Assembly: GCF_009914755.1 (NCBI RefSeq)
Contig: NC_060939.1
Source of the DNA: the human T2T-CHM13v2.0 reference genome, Homo sapiens
Length of the DNA stretch: 64,000 nt
Reading direction: 5' to 3' (one strand)
Shown: positions 26,318-39,865 of the stretch, piece after piece
How positions within the stretch are numbered: position 1 is the stretch's first letter
Layout of the letters: every line of letters starts with the position of its first letter
Translations under genes and position numbers: made by a program
The notes under the pieces: generated by a model
What the model was told of the DNA's origin: nothing
What the model saw: the letters and a program-made list of their open reading frames with translations, nothing else
Database searches by the model: none

Positions 26318-27141
26318 TTTCTAAACTTTTTACCTAAATAAATCCAGATAACTTTATCTGATGTCTCACTCTCTGTCTCTGTCACAGAAGGTAGGGGTGA
26401 CTCTCAGAAGTTCAGACAAGTATGCTGAAACTTGTTGTCCAGGAAGGGTAAGCTCCAGGCCTAGCTGGGGCTCTCAGAGGCAAAGATTTCATCTTTTAAA
26501 AAAAGTCAATTTCTTCTGAGAGGATTTAGTAAGTTATTCTATTCCATATCATTAAACTAATCAAGTTATGGCTCCTGGGCACCTAGAATTCCCATTGAAT
26601 ACCAGTGGGGACATTTGAGAGAATGATTTCTTTTTAAGGGGTTTGGGCAGTGGTGCTCTTCCAGCTCACTGGAGTCAGCTCCTGTGTAGTCAAAGACAGA
26701 TGACCTCGCTTGAGGATTTTATAGCTCTTGGTGGTTTTAGATGCCTTTACTGCATATGAGCAAGCCCACCTCCCCACGAAGCAAAGATATTCCAATCTGG
26801 TAAGTCAGATTTGCTCTAAAGAGAAGTGTACACATGTGTGTATGTGTGTGCATGGAATAAATTGGTTGTTTTTTTCCCCAATCAGTAGGACAGAGTAGAA
26901 CCTGGGTGTATGGTATATGGTGCTTTTAAGACCTGCAGAAGCATGCCACAAAAAGACACAGCAAAATGTACTCAAAGAGATACATCTGTGTGGATTGGCC
27001 TTCTCATTCTGCCAGCCCTAGAGATTCCGATATGAGATGTGCTTCTAAAGTGTGTTTTGTGAGGCCACCCCAGCAGAGGGCTTTGGCAGAAGAGCCCTTG
27101 AATGTGGATCAGGAATGCATTTCCCTCCCGTTCACGGAGTA

Positions 27142-27711
27142 CAGTTCTCCCTTGGTATCATTTGGGGACTAGGTTCAGGATCCCCATGGATACCAAAATC
27201 CACAGATGCTCAAGTACCTGATATAAATGGCATAGGATTTGCATAACCTATGCACATCCTCCTGTTTACTTTAAATCACCTCAAGATTACCCAATACAAC
27301 GAAAATGCTATGTGAATAGTTATTTTACAATTTGTATTTTTTTTTTGTGGTTGCATTGTTATTTTAGAGACAAGGTCTTGCTCTGTCACCCAGGCTGGAG
27401 TGCAGTGGGGTGATTATAGCTCACTGCATCCTTGAACTCTTGAGCTCAAGTCATCTTTCCACCTTAGCCTCCCAAGTATCTGGGACAACAGGTGCATACC
27501 ACTACACTGAACTAATATTTTAAAGTTTTTTAGAGATGGGAATCTCATTAGTTTCCCAGGCTGGTCTTCAACTCCTGGGCTCAAGTGATACTCCTGCCTC
27601 AGTCTCCCAAGTACTGGCTCTTGCATTGTCATTTATTATTTTTTCCAAATATTTTTGATTTGTTTTTGGTTGAATTCATGGATGAGAATCGGCAGATATG
27701 GAGTGCGGCTG
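27142..27711. mobile_element. MER2 (Tigger-type), split by AluJ
   Basis: TA|CAGTTCTCCCTTGGTATC...GATACCAAAATCCACAGATGCTCAAG...GATATGGAGTGCGGCTG|TA with TA TSD. Confidence 0.85.
27362..27619 (-). mobile_element. AluJ inside MER2
   Basis: Reverse AluJ; flanking TTGCATTGT repeat. Confidence 0.9.
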
Positions 27712-28678
27712 TATAGGTGGTGTGTCCTTCCCTCTGTCTTTCTCTGGGATATGGATTTTATCTCCTCTTTCCAGTGTCTGTCCTTTGTCTTCCCCCCATC
27801 TCTGGATGTGCTACTCTCATTTCTGCCCTGATAGCTCCAAATCCTACCATTTTGCTTTGATTGAGGTCAAGATAGAACATTGACACTTTCTCTTTTTTTT
27901 TTGTGGAGAACCAACTTCTTTGTATCTTCCTCTCTCTCGCCCTTCTTCCCTTCCTTTCCTTCCATAAATCTTTATTGAATCCCAAGAACTGTGACAACCA
28001 CAGGACCAGAATTTCAAGTTATAACATGGCTTGCACTTCGAGGAGTTCATAATATCGTAGGTTTGACATCCACTTATATTCAGTTTAACAGCTTGTTATA
28101 TGCATCCAATCATGTAATTCTCTTATTTTGTATATTTAAACTCCATCAGCAACAGGATTTCTATGTCCTCATAAGTGGAGACCACAGCCCCTTGGTTTGC
28201 AACAGTGTCTGTCTTAGTGTTGTGCTTAGTGGCGCAGATGAGTTTTCTCATCTATAAAATGGAGATAAGACCACTACTTCCCAGTCCTGTGGTGAGCTTT
28301 AAGTTACATGATGTCTCTAAGTGCACAGCCCAGGGCATGGCCCAGAGTAGGTCTCAGTAAGCAGTAACTATTATGATTACTGTGGTTAGAGCAGCTTGGT
28401 AAATAATCATTCAACTCATTTGAAATGTGTCGACTTGACAGATGGGCAGGAACAGGAGGTGAAATTCAAACCCGTTGACTTAGTAAAATAGATCCAAAAT
28501 CAGATAACAGCAGAGATATCCTTATGCTGCTTTCATTCTGCTGTAAATTGGAGTTCTTATGCAAAGCTAACTTTTTAGGAGAACATGCAGAATTATAAAA
28601 TCTGCCAGGCAACAGCAGGCTCAACCTGAAGTTGGATTTACTGAGATATGGTCCTATATGCTATGACACACATGTGAC

Positions 28679-28980
28679 TTTATTTATTTATTTATTTATT
28701 TGAGATGGAATCTTGCTCTGTTGCCCAGGCTGGAGTGCAATGGTGCGATCTTGGCTCACTGCAACCCCCGCCTCCTGGGTTCAAGCGATTCTCCTGCCTC
28801 AGCCTCCTTGAGTTGCTGAGGTTACAGGTGCCCAGCTAATTTTATTTTTTTTTGGATTTTTTTTTGTAGAGACAGGGTTTCACCATGTTGGCCAGGCTGT
28901 TCTTGAACTTCTGACCAGTGATCCGCTTGCCTCGGCCTCCCAAAGCGCTGGGAGTACAGGCGTGAGCCACCACGACCAGC
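28679..28980 (-). mobile_element. AluS
   Basis: (TTTA)n tail; TSD TGTGACTT. Confidence 0.95.
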
Positions 28981-29058
28981 TGTGACTTGCATTATCATGG
29001 GAGTAATGATAAAGGTAGAGTGATACATTCACAAAGTAGACGCTCCTTTTACACCGAC

Positions 29059-29476
29059 TGTATTAGTTTGTTAGGACTGCGGTAACAGAGTTCCACAAAC
29101 TGGGCAGCTTAAACAACAGAAATTTATTGCCTCATGGTTCTGCAGACTCTAGGGGTCCAAAACCCAGGTCAGGATGGGTTTCTTCAAAGGCTGTTGAGGA
29201 CAGCGTGTATTCCAGATCTCTCTCCTTGGCTTATAGAAGGCCATCTTCTCCCTGTGTCTCTTTACACCTTCTTCCTTCTATTCATGTGTCTGAGTCCAAA
29301 TTTGTCCTTGTTTTAAAGACACCAGCCATGGTGGATTAGGTTCCATTCTAATGATCTCATTTTAACTTGATTACCTCTGTAGAGACCCTATGTCCAAATA
29401 AGGTGACATTCTGAAGATACTGGGGTTTAGGACTTCAACACGTGAATTTTGGTGGGATGCGATTCAACTCGTAACA
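29059..29476 (-). mobile_element. MLT1B/C MaLR solo LTR
   Basis: TGTATTAGTTTG...CTTAAACAACAGAAATTTATT...AATAAGGTGACATTCTGA...GGACTTCAACA...TAACA. Confidence 0.85.
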
Positions 29477-29879
29477 CAGATCCAGATGAGCTATTATTCC
29501 CCCTTTTTTAGAGAAGGGGAACAGAAGCCTAGAGAGCTTTTGGGGGTGGCCTGGTTAATCAGTGGAGGACTGGGAATGGACCTTAGATTCTTGCTGCACT
29601 TTGCAGGTCACTGAGCTTTGTCAGAATCTAGGTGTGTGATGTAGCAGTGTTTACCCCAGTCCAGGTGGGATGCTTGGCTCTCGGGTAACATTTCAAGTGG
29701 ACAAGTCACTTAGATTGAAATGAGGGTCTTTTTCTCCTTCTCGTGTAACAGCTCTTAATATGATGGTGGTGGAATTTCTACACCAGAATCTGCTACCGAT
29801 AGTAACAGTTACAACCACCGTCCCCACGACTTACATCTGCTCAGTACTTTGTAATTCTCCAAGTTGATATGTATTACCA

Positions 29880-30000
29880 TTTTTATTTCTTTTTTGTAGA
29901 TGGGGTCTTGCTATGTTGCCCAACTCCTGGTCTTAAGTGATCCTCCTACCTCAGCCTCTCATGTAGCTTGGACTATAGGTACACACCACGATGCACAGCT
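29880..30000 (-). mobile_element. FLAM/AluJ monomer
   Basis: Reverse left-monomer sequence; TSD ATTACCATTTTT. Confidence 0.8.
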
Positions 30001-30039
30001 GTGCATTACCATTTTTGACCTTCGGAAAATCCTATGGGG

Positions 30040-30349
30040 TATACACAAATTTATAACTCCTTTGTACGCTTTTGGGGCCAAATGTACTTCAGAATTCAGA
30101 ACCCTGTGGACTTGAGAAAAGTAATGATAGTTTATGTTGTGTATATTACATAACATCCCTGTAGGGTCTGGGGCAGCTTTGAAATCCAACAGCAAAATAT
30201 CTTCATATTCACGCAAAGCTAGATAAATAAAGATAAGTGATAACTTCTTGTCTATTTGGGTCAGATTTTGTTGCTGATGAGTTTTGAAAAACTTTTGAGT
30301 TTTGGAGTTTTTGAATTCCAGATGTGTGGCTGAGGGATTACAGGCCTGT
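30040..30349. mobile_element. MER46C-like (Tigger)
   Basis: TTGGGGCCAAATGTACTTCAGAATTCAGAA...GGGTCTGGGGCAGC...GAGGGATTACAGGCCTGT. Confidence 0.65.
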
Positions 30350-30679
30350 TTTCACGATTGTCTCTGTTTCTAGAGGACAAGAAGTCAGGCACCCACCTAG
30401 AGAGAGGGATGAACTGGACTGGGTGAGCCCAGTGCTTAGCCAAGGAAACCTGTGGAAGCCCAAAGCCCTGACCTGGCAGCTGCCTGTCAGGAGAGGGTGG
30501 ATGGTGGAACATTGTTCAAGGAGAATTTGGGCACTAGTGCTGGGTCCCCAGTGACTCACTGGTCAGGGCCTCTGGCTGCATTGTTTAGCCTCTTTGTAGC
30601 TCAGCCTGCAGTTTGGCTATAATATGCCTACTCATGTTGGTGTAGAGAGAATGCATCAAGCTAAGAGGTAACGGGAGGA

Positions 30680-31620
<941 letters not shown>

Positions 31621-32574
31621 TTGCCACCTATGAGCCTTTCTTCAGCCTCCGTTCAGCCTCTGGAGCACAGTCTCCAAGGGGAGAGAAGAGCCCCATGTGC
31701 CCATGGCAGATGAGAGTTCTGAGCAGCCTGGTGGGTGGCTATAAAATTCCTACTTCATGTAACCACTGAGAATGGATTAGATTTAGTCCAGTTTTCACAA
31801 TAAGACTTTTCTTTCCAAAACCTTGGTGCTGTTTACCTCTTCACTATAGGATCAGGCTTCCCTGGTCTCTAGAGCAATTCTTAGAAGGAATTTTAGCAGC
31901 TCTGTCCTCCCAAAGCTTTGGTTCTCATTTTAGACTTCTAGACCACTCTTGTCCTGCTAGCTGAACCTCTGTTGGATCTGGGTAGCATGCCTAACACCCC
32001 AGCTCCTTAGAAGCGAGGCATTGGCCCCTAACCCCTCCCTCTCAGTGGATTCCAACCACCTGGATGCCCTCTTTATCCTGCCTGCCAGAATCTCTGAATA
32101 GCGCATCTCCCTCTCAAATATGAGCTCCCCGATGACAGAGGTGCATTTTTTTTCACATTTATGACTCATCATAGTGTCTGGCATGAAATTGGGACTTGAA
32201 AAACCAGGGAGAATGAATGAATAAATGAATAAATGAATGAGACATGGAGGGCTGGGTTACCTTTATTGTCAAAGGTCATCTGAGAGTCCTCAGAGCAATA
32301 TCCATATATGCTTCTCAGCTTCGTAGGGGGATTTGAGGGCTGAGGGTGGAGTGTGTGGAGCATCTCTGTGGTTGTTTGCCAGGGCTACTGTAATGAAGTA
32401 CTACAAACTGGGTGGCTTAAACAAGATAAATTTATTATCCCACAGTTCTGGAGGCTGGAAGTCCAAAATCAAGGCATCAGCAGGGTCATACTCCATCTAA
32501 AACCTACTTGGGAATCTTTTCTTGCTTCTTCCTAGTTTTTGTTGCATTTCCAGCAAATCATTGGTGTTTCTTGG

Positions 32575-33331
32575 TGCTTTGGTTTGAATGTTTTTGTTTC
32601 TTCCAAAATTCATGTTGAAAGTTAATCCCCAGTGCAACAGTATTGGAAAGTGTGGCCTTTCGGATGTGACTGATATGGTTTGGCTGTGTCCCCACCCAAG
32701 TCTCATCTTGAATTCCCACGTGTTGTGGGAGGGACCCAGTGGGAGGTAATTGAATCATGGGGGCAAGTTTTTCCCGTGCTGTTCTCATGATAGTGAATAA
32801 GCCTCATGAGATCTGATGGTTTTAAAAAGAAGAGCTCCCCTGCACAAGTTCTCTCTTTGCCTGCTGCCATCCATGTAAGATGTGACTTACTCCTCCTTGC
32901 CTCCCACAATGATTGTGAGGCTTCCCCAGCCATGTGGAACTGTAACTCCATTAAACCTCTTTCTTTTGTAAATTGCCCCATCACAGGTATGTCCTTAGCA
33001 GCAGTGTGAAAATGGACTAATACAGTGACTGACTGAATCTCATCCTCATGAATGAGATTAGGTGTCTTATAAAAGGGCTTGAAGGAGGGAATTTTTCCCC
33101 TCTTACCCCTCTGCCTTCTGCTACATGAGGACACAGAATTCCTCCCCTCTGGACGGTGCAGTATGTACAGTGCCATCTTGAAAGCAGAGTCCAGACCTTT
33201 ACCAGAAACCAACCTGCCGGCACCTTGATCTTGGACTTCCCTGCTTCCAGAACTGTGAGAAATAAATGTCTGTTCTTTGTAAATTATTTAGCCTGTGGTA
33301 GTCTCTTATAGCAGCACAATGGACTAAGACC
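32575..33331 (+). mobile_element. MST-type MaLR LTR (middle element)
   Basis: TGCTTTGGTTTGAATGTTTTTG...CCAAAATTCATGTTGAAA...GCAGCACAATGGACTAAGAC; TSD CTTGG/CTTAG. Confidence 0.85.
32671..33024 (+). mobile_element. THE1A-like LTR (inner element)
   Basis: TGATATGGTTTGGCTGTGTCCCCACCCAA...GGACTAATACA; perfect 5-bp TSD GTGAC. Confidence 0.92.
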
Positions 33332-34080
33332 CTTAGCTTGTAGATACATCACTCCAATCCTTTGTCTTCATGTGGCATTCTCCCTGTCTCTTCCCTTTGT
33401 GTGTTTCTTCCTCTCGTCAGCTTCCCTTTGAGTGTTTCTGTGTCCATGTTTCCTCTTTGTATAACAACATCAATCTTGTCACATGAGAACTGACCCAAGC
33501 AACCTCATCTTCGCTTGGTTAAATCTACAAAGACCCTATTTCCAAATGAGGTCACATTCTGAAGTACCAGGGTTGGAACTTCACATCTTATTTTGGGGAG
33601 CAAAATTCATGCCATACCAATCCTCAGAAGCTTTTATCTGAATGTTTTGGACATTTCCATGACTCTCATGGGATGAAGTGGGGATGCGGTGTTCTCATGG
33701 GCAGAGGAGCAAGGATGCTGGATGGCATTTCTCAATACCATATCAGCTAAGGCATGGGTTAGTGCTTGTGCAGTGAATGCAAGAAAGCAAAAAAGAGGAT
33801 GAAAGAATGAATGAGCCCCTTCTGTGGTGTGCTGTTCTCTGGAGATCTCCTGGTGACTTCAGCTTGAAGGCTCAGTGCTATGATCCTGCCTGGATAGATT
33901 GTCTCCAGATGCTTTGGATATGATGCCGCCAGACTGGACTCTCTTGACATTACAACTGGGAACCAGACAGACCTGTTTGTTCAAATCCTGGCTCTACTAT
34001 CTTACAATTATAAAATATAGGTCAGATTCCTCAACCTCGAGGAATCTGTCTTTCTTTGTTGACAATAAGAATGGCAATAA

Positions 34081-34082
<2 letters not shown>

Positions 34083-34121
<39 letters not shown>

Positions 34122-34340
34122 AGGCAGGGTCTGGCTCTGTCACCCAGGTGGGGGAGTACCATGGCACAATCATGGCTTATTGCAGCCTTGACCTTCTGGG
34201 CTCAAGTGATCCTCCTGCCTCATTTTTTGAATTTTTGTACAGATGAGGTCTTATTGTGTTGCTCAGGCCGGTTCAAGTGATCCTCCCATCTTGGCCTCCC
34301 AAAGTGCTGGGATTACAGGCGTGAACCACTGTGCCTGGCC
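34083..34340 (-). mobile_element. AluJ with internal deletion and T38 tail, inserted in a MIR
   Basis: T38 at 34083-34120; flanking AATAATCT repeat. Confidence 0.9.
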
Positions 34341-34887
34341 AGGAATAATAATCTCATAGAATTGTTAAGCACTAAATGTGATCATATATAATGCACATGG
34401 CTCTGGGCTGACGGATAGTAAATGCCCAGTAATGATGATCAGTTTATTTTTATTGTCACATCTGGCTTTGTCTCGTCCATGGCTGCCCTCCCCTAGCTGG
34501 TTGATTTTGTTTGATCCTTTCCTTGCTGCCCCTTCCTCCCAGCTGTGGTGGTTTATCAGGCTGTGCCTGGCTCCTCCCAGAACTAAGGTTGCCCAGTCCC
34601 AGGTTAGGTGCAAATGCTAGGAAGCCTGCCTTCTGGGCTAGATCTTCAGTTAGGTGGCTCTGTAGACTAACCTGTATATCTTTTCTATGCCCTAAGTTTC
34701 TTCATTTGTAAAATAAAAATTTGTTGGCCTAGTAGTGTATTTGGTTCCCATTAGTCTATGTAGTTTTGTGTCCCTATAAAGACAATAACAATTATTAATG
34801 AGTATAGAAACGTTTTTATTTTTAGTTGTTACTGGCACTGAAATATAGTGTTAAAGACCTGGAATGAAGAGCAATATAAGAAATTGA

Positions 34888-35212
<325 letters not shown>

Positions 35213-35236
35213 TCATGTACTTTGTTGTATGCTGTG

Positions 35237-35595
35237 TAATACGGTTTGGCTGTGCCTGCACCCAAATCTCATCTTGAATTGTAGCTCCTATAATCCCCAC
35301 GTGTCATGGGAGGGACCTGGTGGGAGGTAATTGAATCATTGGGGCAGGTTTTTTTCTGTGCTGTTCTCATGATGGTAAGTCTCACGAGATCTAATGTTTT
35401 TGTAAAGGGGAGTTCCCCTGTACATGCTCTTCTTGCCTACTACCATGTAAGACGTGCCTTTGCTTCTCTGCCTTCTGCCATGACTGTGAGACCTTCCGAG
35501 CCATGTGGAACTGCGAGTCAATTAAACCTCTTTTTCTTTATAAATTATGCAGTCTTGGGTATTTCTTCATAGCAGTATGAGAACGGACTAATGCA
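35237..35595 (+). mobile_element. THE1C/D LTR
   Basis: TAATACGGTTTGGCTGTG...GAGAACGGACTAATGCA; TSD CTGTG/CCGTG. Confidence 0.9.
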
Positions 35596-35609
35596 CCGTG
35601 TGTACAATA

Positions 35610-35775
35610 GCATGTCACATCCATGCCAAAACCTCCAAGGAAGGAGGTGTAACTCCCATTATGAGGGCAGGAAACTGAGGTCTAGAGAAGGTACATAGCT
35701 CACAAAAGGTTTCAGTCCTGGTGAGTGGGAAAGCCAGCATTTGAACCTGGGATATCTGACATTCAGGTCTCTGGA
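35610..35775 (-). mobile_element. MIR
   Basis: GGAAACTGAGGTCTAGAGAAGGT...ATTTGAACCTGGG. Confidence 0.65.
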
Positions 35776-36236
35776 AGAGCTGCTGGATCCTGGAAGAACT
35801 GAGAACAGCCACATGCTTGCTGTGCACAAGGTGGGAGCTGCCTTGGGCTTGAGCAGTGTCCTGTTGAAAAAAGTTCTTGTGGAAGCAACAGGCCATGACT
35901 AAACAGCCACAGACCCTCTGGCCTGCCAAGCAAGCCTGCACGGGAAAACGAGCTTTTAAGAAGATAATGAACTGGGCCTTGCAGGGGAGTTAGCAGGCAG
36001 CGGGCGGAAAATGTCCTTGTGCAGATTTAGTCAGCTTCAATGCCCCTTGCAGCCTGTTTCTGCTGGTGAGGCAAGTGCCTCACATTCAGGAAGAAATATC
36101 CATTTTCCTCCAGCCCAGAACCCTGGGAGTAATTACGGCCATTCAGTGAGGTTCCCAGGCTATTTCCTTTAAGTATTTATACCAAGCAGGTGCTTGTTGC
36201 TCATGAACTCCCTTTCTCTCAAAAGGGCATTAAAAT

Positions 36237-36840
36237 GGAACACTTCTACACTGCGGATGGGAATGTAAACCAGTACAGCTGCTATGGAAAACAGTGTGGA
36301 GATTCCTTAAAGAACTAAAAGTAGAACTACCGTTTGATCCAGCAATCCCACTACTGGATATCTACCCAGAGGAAAAGAATCATTATTCAAAAAAAGATAC
36401 TTGCACATGCATGTTTATAGTAGCACAATTCACAATAGCAAAATCGTGGAACCAACCCAAATGCCCATCAATGAGTAGATAAACTATGGTGTATATGATG
36501 GAATACTACTCAGCCATAAAAAGGAATGAATTACCAGCATTTGCAATGACCTGGATGAGATTAGTGACTATTATTCTAAGTGAAGTACCTCAGGAATGGA
36601 AAACCAAACATTATATGTTCTCACTGGTATGTGGAGGCTAAGCTATGAGGATGCAAAGGCATAAGAAAGATACAATGGACTTGGCGGAAGAGTAGGAGGG
36701 GGGTGAGGGATAAAAGACAAAAATACGGTGCAGTGTATACTGCTCGGGTGATGGGTGCACCAGGATCTCACAAATCACTAAAGAACTTATGTAACCAAAT
36801 ACCACCTCTACCCCCAATAACTTATGGAAAAATAAAAAAA
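36237..36840 (+). mobile_element. L1PB 3' end (ORF2 C-terminus remnant plus 3' UTR)
   Basis: ORF 36294-36482 [24 protein letters not shown]...WNQPKCPS is the L1 ORF2p C-terminus; L1PB-type UTR; TSD-like AAAAT(G/A)GAAC. Confidence 0.92.
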
Positions 36841-37559
36841 TAGAACTTCACTCTTTTCAGTTGAAATCCTACGACAGTAAGGGCCAACTCCTCCTACACT
36901 GCAGACTCCTACACTGCTAGAGGACTTGAAAATGTGGTTGAAAACTGTTTTTAGAACCCTAAACCTTTGTCCACTGGAGGGTATTAAAAGGCCAATAAAG
37001 AGAGGACATAAAAAATTGCGACAGTGGAGATGGGCAGTTGGAAGCTGGAGAATTTCTTTGGAAAGAGCTGTGCTGTGATCCTTGTCCTTGATGGAAGAGG
37101 AGCAAAGGATACTTTCTGACCCTAAGTCTATTGAGAGGGATGTTCATGGGAATACTCGCAGATCTTGGTATACCTCCTCTGGTTCTTGAAACCCACAGTG
37201 GACTGATACCTAACTTATCCTGGGGAATCTGCAGAACTAAAGCTGTGGCTGGAGCTGCCTGAAGGTGACTCAGTGAACAGAAGCTGCCTTTGGGAAGTCA
37301 TTCCACTCCCAATGACTGAGGTCAGAGAAGAGTATTTCCTGTGGATGAGAGAGCGAGAGTGCGCTGATAAGGTGTTGTCACCCAGAGAGGTGAGAAGATC
37401 TTGGAAGAAAGTCTGAAGATATCCCATGGTGATCCTCAGGAGTCAAGCAGAGAATTGTAAGTGACTAGCCAGAAGATGCATTTGCCCACATCAAAGGCAC
37501 TGGAGCATCTTTAAGCAGGACCTTTATAATGACTTACATGGGTGTGGACCTTACTAAAG

Positions 37560-37770
37560 ACCAGACGTTGTTCTAACACTCATTTAATCCTGACCGCAAT
37601 GCCATGAAGCAGACATTATTATCACCTCCATTTTACAGATGGGGAAACTGAGGCATAAAGCAGTCAAGCAACTTGCCCAAGGTCACACAAGTAGAAAGAA
37701 AGTGATGGAGCTGGGATTTGAACCCTGGCAGATTGGTTCCAGAATTCACACTTTTAATCAATGCACCGCT
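37560..37770 (-). mobile_element. MIR
   Basis: CCATTTTACAGATGGGGAAACTGAGGCA...CTTGCCCAAGGTCACACA...GGGATTTGAACCC. Confidence 0.9.
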
Positions 37771-38132
37771 AGCAGCAAAGCTATTACACGGTTCTGTGGA
37801 GGAAAGATGTTCAATGTCTCTCCCAGAACTCTGCTAAGGAAGTGAGGATTCTGGAAAAACTCATCCAGGCCCCAGTCTTCTCTCAGAATCCACCCAGAGG
37901 CAGTGCACTGAGTCCCTGACTTGCCCTTCACTTGGCAACAACTGCCCTATCCTCTTGGTGCATTTTCCCAAAGGCCTGTGCTGGGAAGGCTGTCATCATT
38001 CCTCCTGGCCAATCCCAGACTCAGGTGTCTGGAGACCTTGGCCCAAGTCCCAGATGCTTCTTCATAGGCCCCTCCAACCATTGCAAACAGGAGCACTGGC
38101 ATAAGCCCACTCCCAGAAACAGCCTCTGGGCA

Positions 38133-38434
38133 TTTTTTTTTTTTTTTTTTGAGACAGAGTCTTGCTCTGTCACTCAGGCTGGAGTTCAGTCGTGCGATCT
38201 TGGCTCACGGCAACCTCCACCTCCTGGGTTCAAGCAATTCTGCCTCAGCCTCCCAAGTAGCTGGGATTATAGGTGTATGACACTACGCCTGACTAGTTTT
38301 TGTATTTTTAGTAGAGATGAGGTTTCATTCACCATACTGGCCAGGCTGGTCTTGGAACTCCTAACCCCAAATGATCCATTCACTTCAGCCTCCCAAAGTG
38401 CTAGGATTACAGGGATGAACTACTGCACCTGGCC
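38133..38434 (-). mobile_element. AluS
   Basis: Reverse Alu; TSD CTGGGCATT. Confidence 0.95.
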
Positions 38435-39019
38435 GCTGGGCATTCTTTAGTTTCCTGAGGGAAAAGTTACAGGTTCAAGGATAATGCTTTTTGTTGGAAA
38501 AGTTAGCTGGAGAGGCTCTTAGGATCTTGTTATCGATCTTTTTTTCCACTGAGCCCTCTACAGCTTGAGGCAAGAGACAGCTGTGGTGTAGGGGGAAGAC
38601 ATCAGATCTGAAGTGAGATGACCTGGGAGGTCCTGGTCAACCTACCTGTTCCTGGGCTTTGTACCTGGGGGAATAAGCTCTTCAAGTGTAGGCAGAAATA
38701 CTCCTTGTCCCCCACTTCCCTGGCCCCCACCATGCTGTGTGATGCTCTCTTGCTGTTAGAGATCCTTTGAAAAAGGAGGCCCTTAATGAAAATATTTTTT
38801 GAGAAGATGCAAAACTTTAAAAAGTATATATATACACAAATAGGTACACACATATACATATATACAAAATATAAACAAATATTTGTATATCAAAATTTGT
38901 ATTTGTGTATATCTGCATGCGTGTATATGTGTCTATATACACTCTATCACCTTGCAGGATAGATAGCAGAGAAATAGAGAATTTAAAGTCATGAAGGGCC
39001 CTAGAGATTGTATTCCAAC

Positions 39020-39150
39020 CTCCTGATTTAATAAGTTAGAAAACCAGAGCTGAGAGATGCTAAGTGATTTGCCCAGCATTGCACAACCAGGTAGTGGTGG
39101 AGCTGGACTGGCCCCAGGTCTCCTGACTCCCAGTATGCTGTTCCCCGCCA
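39020..39150 (-). mobile_element. MIR
   Basis: AAGTGATTTGCCCAGCATTGCACA...CCCAGGTCTCCTGACTCCCAG. Confidence 0.65.
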
Positions 39151-39499
39151 CTCACTGCAGCTTCCATTTCCTGAGCACGGAGTGTGTGCCTGGCATGGTG
39201 CTAGGCACTTCTCTCATATTGCCTTAGTCAGCTTCTGTTTTAAAGGTTAAGGATACTGAGGGGCAGAATGGTTAAGGGACCTAGTCACACAATCGTCTTT
39301 GGTAGAATGTTCAGGTTTTTCTAATTCTAAAGTCTGACCTCTTCTCTAGGATATGCAAAGTTACCCCTTGTGTGCCAGCCCAGCTCCAATTGGTTGGTAG
39401 TGGCTGCATGGAGTGCTTTGGGGACTGGGCTGAATTGAAGATGGGCTTCAGTCTCTTTGAGCCTGATCTGTATCAAGTTCACCTGACTCCTAATAGGGA

Positions 39500-39865
39500 G
39501 CCCCATGGAGCTCTCAATGAAAAGCCTGAGTTGCTTACCAGAGCCTTTCCTTTTCAATGAACTCTGAACTCCAACTTTTGTCCTTTGAAGACCTTAATAT
39601 GCCTAAGTTTTGTTCGGTCTTTTGGTCTCCTGTCATTGCATTGTAATTGGCAAATGCCTTGAGCAAGAAGTAGTCTCAAATGATGGCTCACCTCTGTGCA
39701 TCTCTTCCCTCTTGGCTTTTGGTCCCTCAAGTCCTTGCTGCCTCAGCAGCTCTCTGATGCCTTCAAACAGATCTTATACACATCTTTTGTTCAGTTACTC
39801 TAGTTGTTTCCAGCAGGATGTTCAGTATGCTATGTCATGATCCACATTTACCAGAAGCAGAAATT
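39500..39865 (-). mobile_element. Old L1M/HAL1-type 5' region
   Basis: CTCTCTGATGCCTTCAAACAGAT...TCTAGTTGTT...CCAGAAGCAGAA resembles old L1M 5' termini. Confidence 0.45.

Larger units (their letters stand above)
32366..33620 (-). mobile_element. MLT1C/D-like LTR (outer element of nested stack)
   Basis: ACAAACTGGGTGGCTTAAACAA...GTTCTGGAGGCTGGAAGTCCAAAATCAAGG before the insert and AAGACCCTATTTCCAAATGAGGTCACATTCTGA after it. Confidence 0.85.

Noticed and set aside
36294-36482. ORF resembling a real protein
   Set aside because: It is the C-terminal remnant of L1 ORF2p in a 5'-truncated, frameshifted L1PB.
39558-39570. DR1 TGAACT-C-TGAACT
   Set aside because: Degenerate DR1 matches are common, and this one lies in an old L1-like fragment with no other support.
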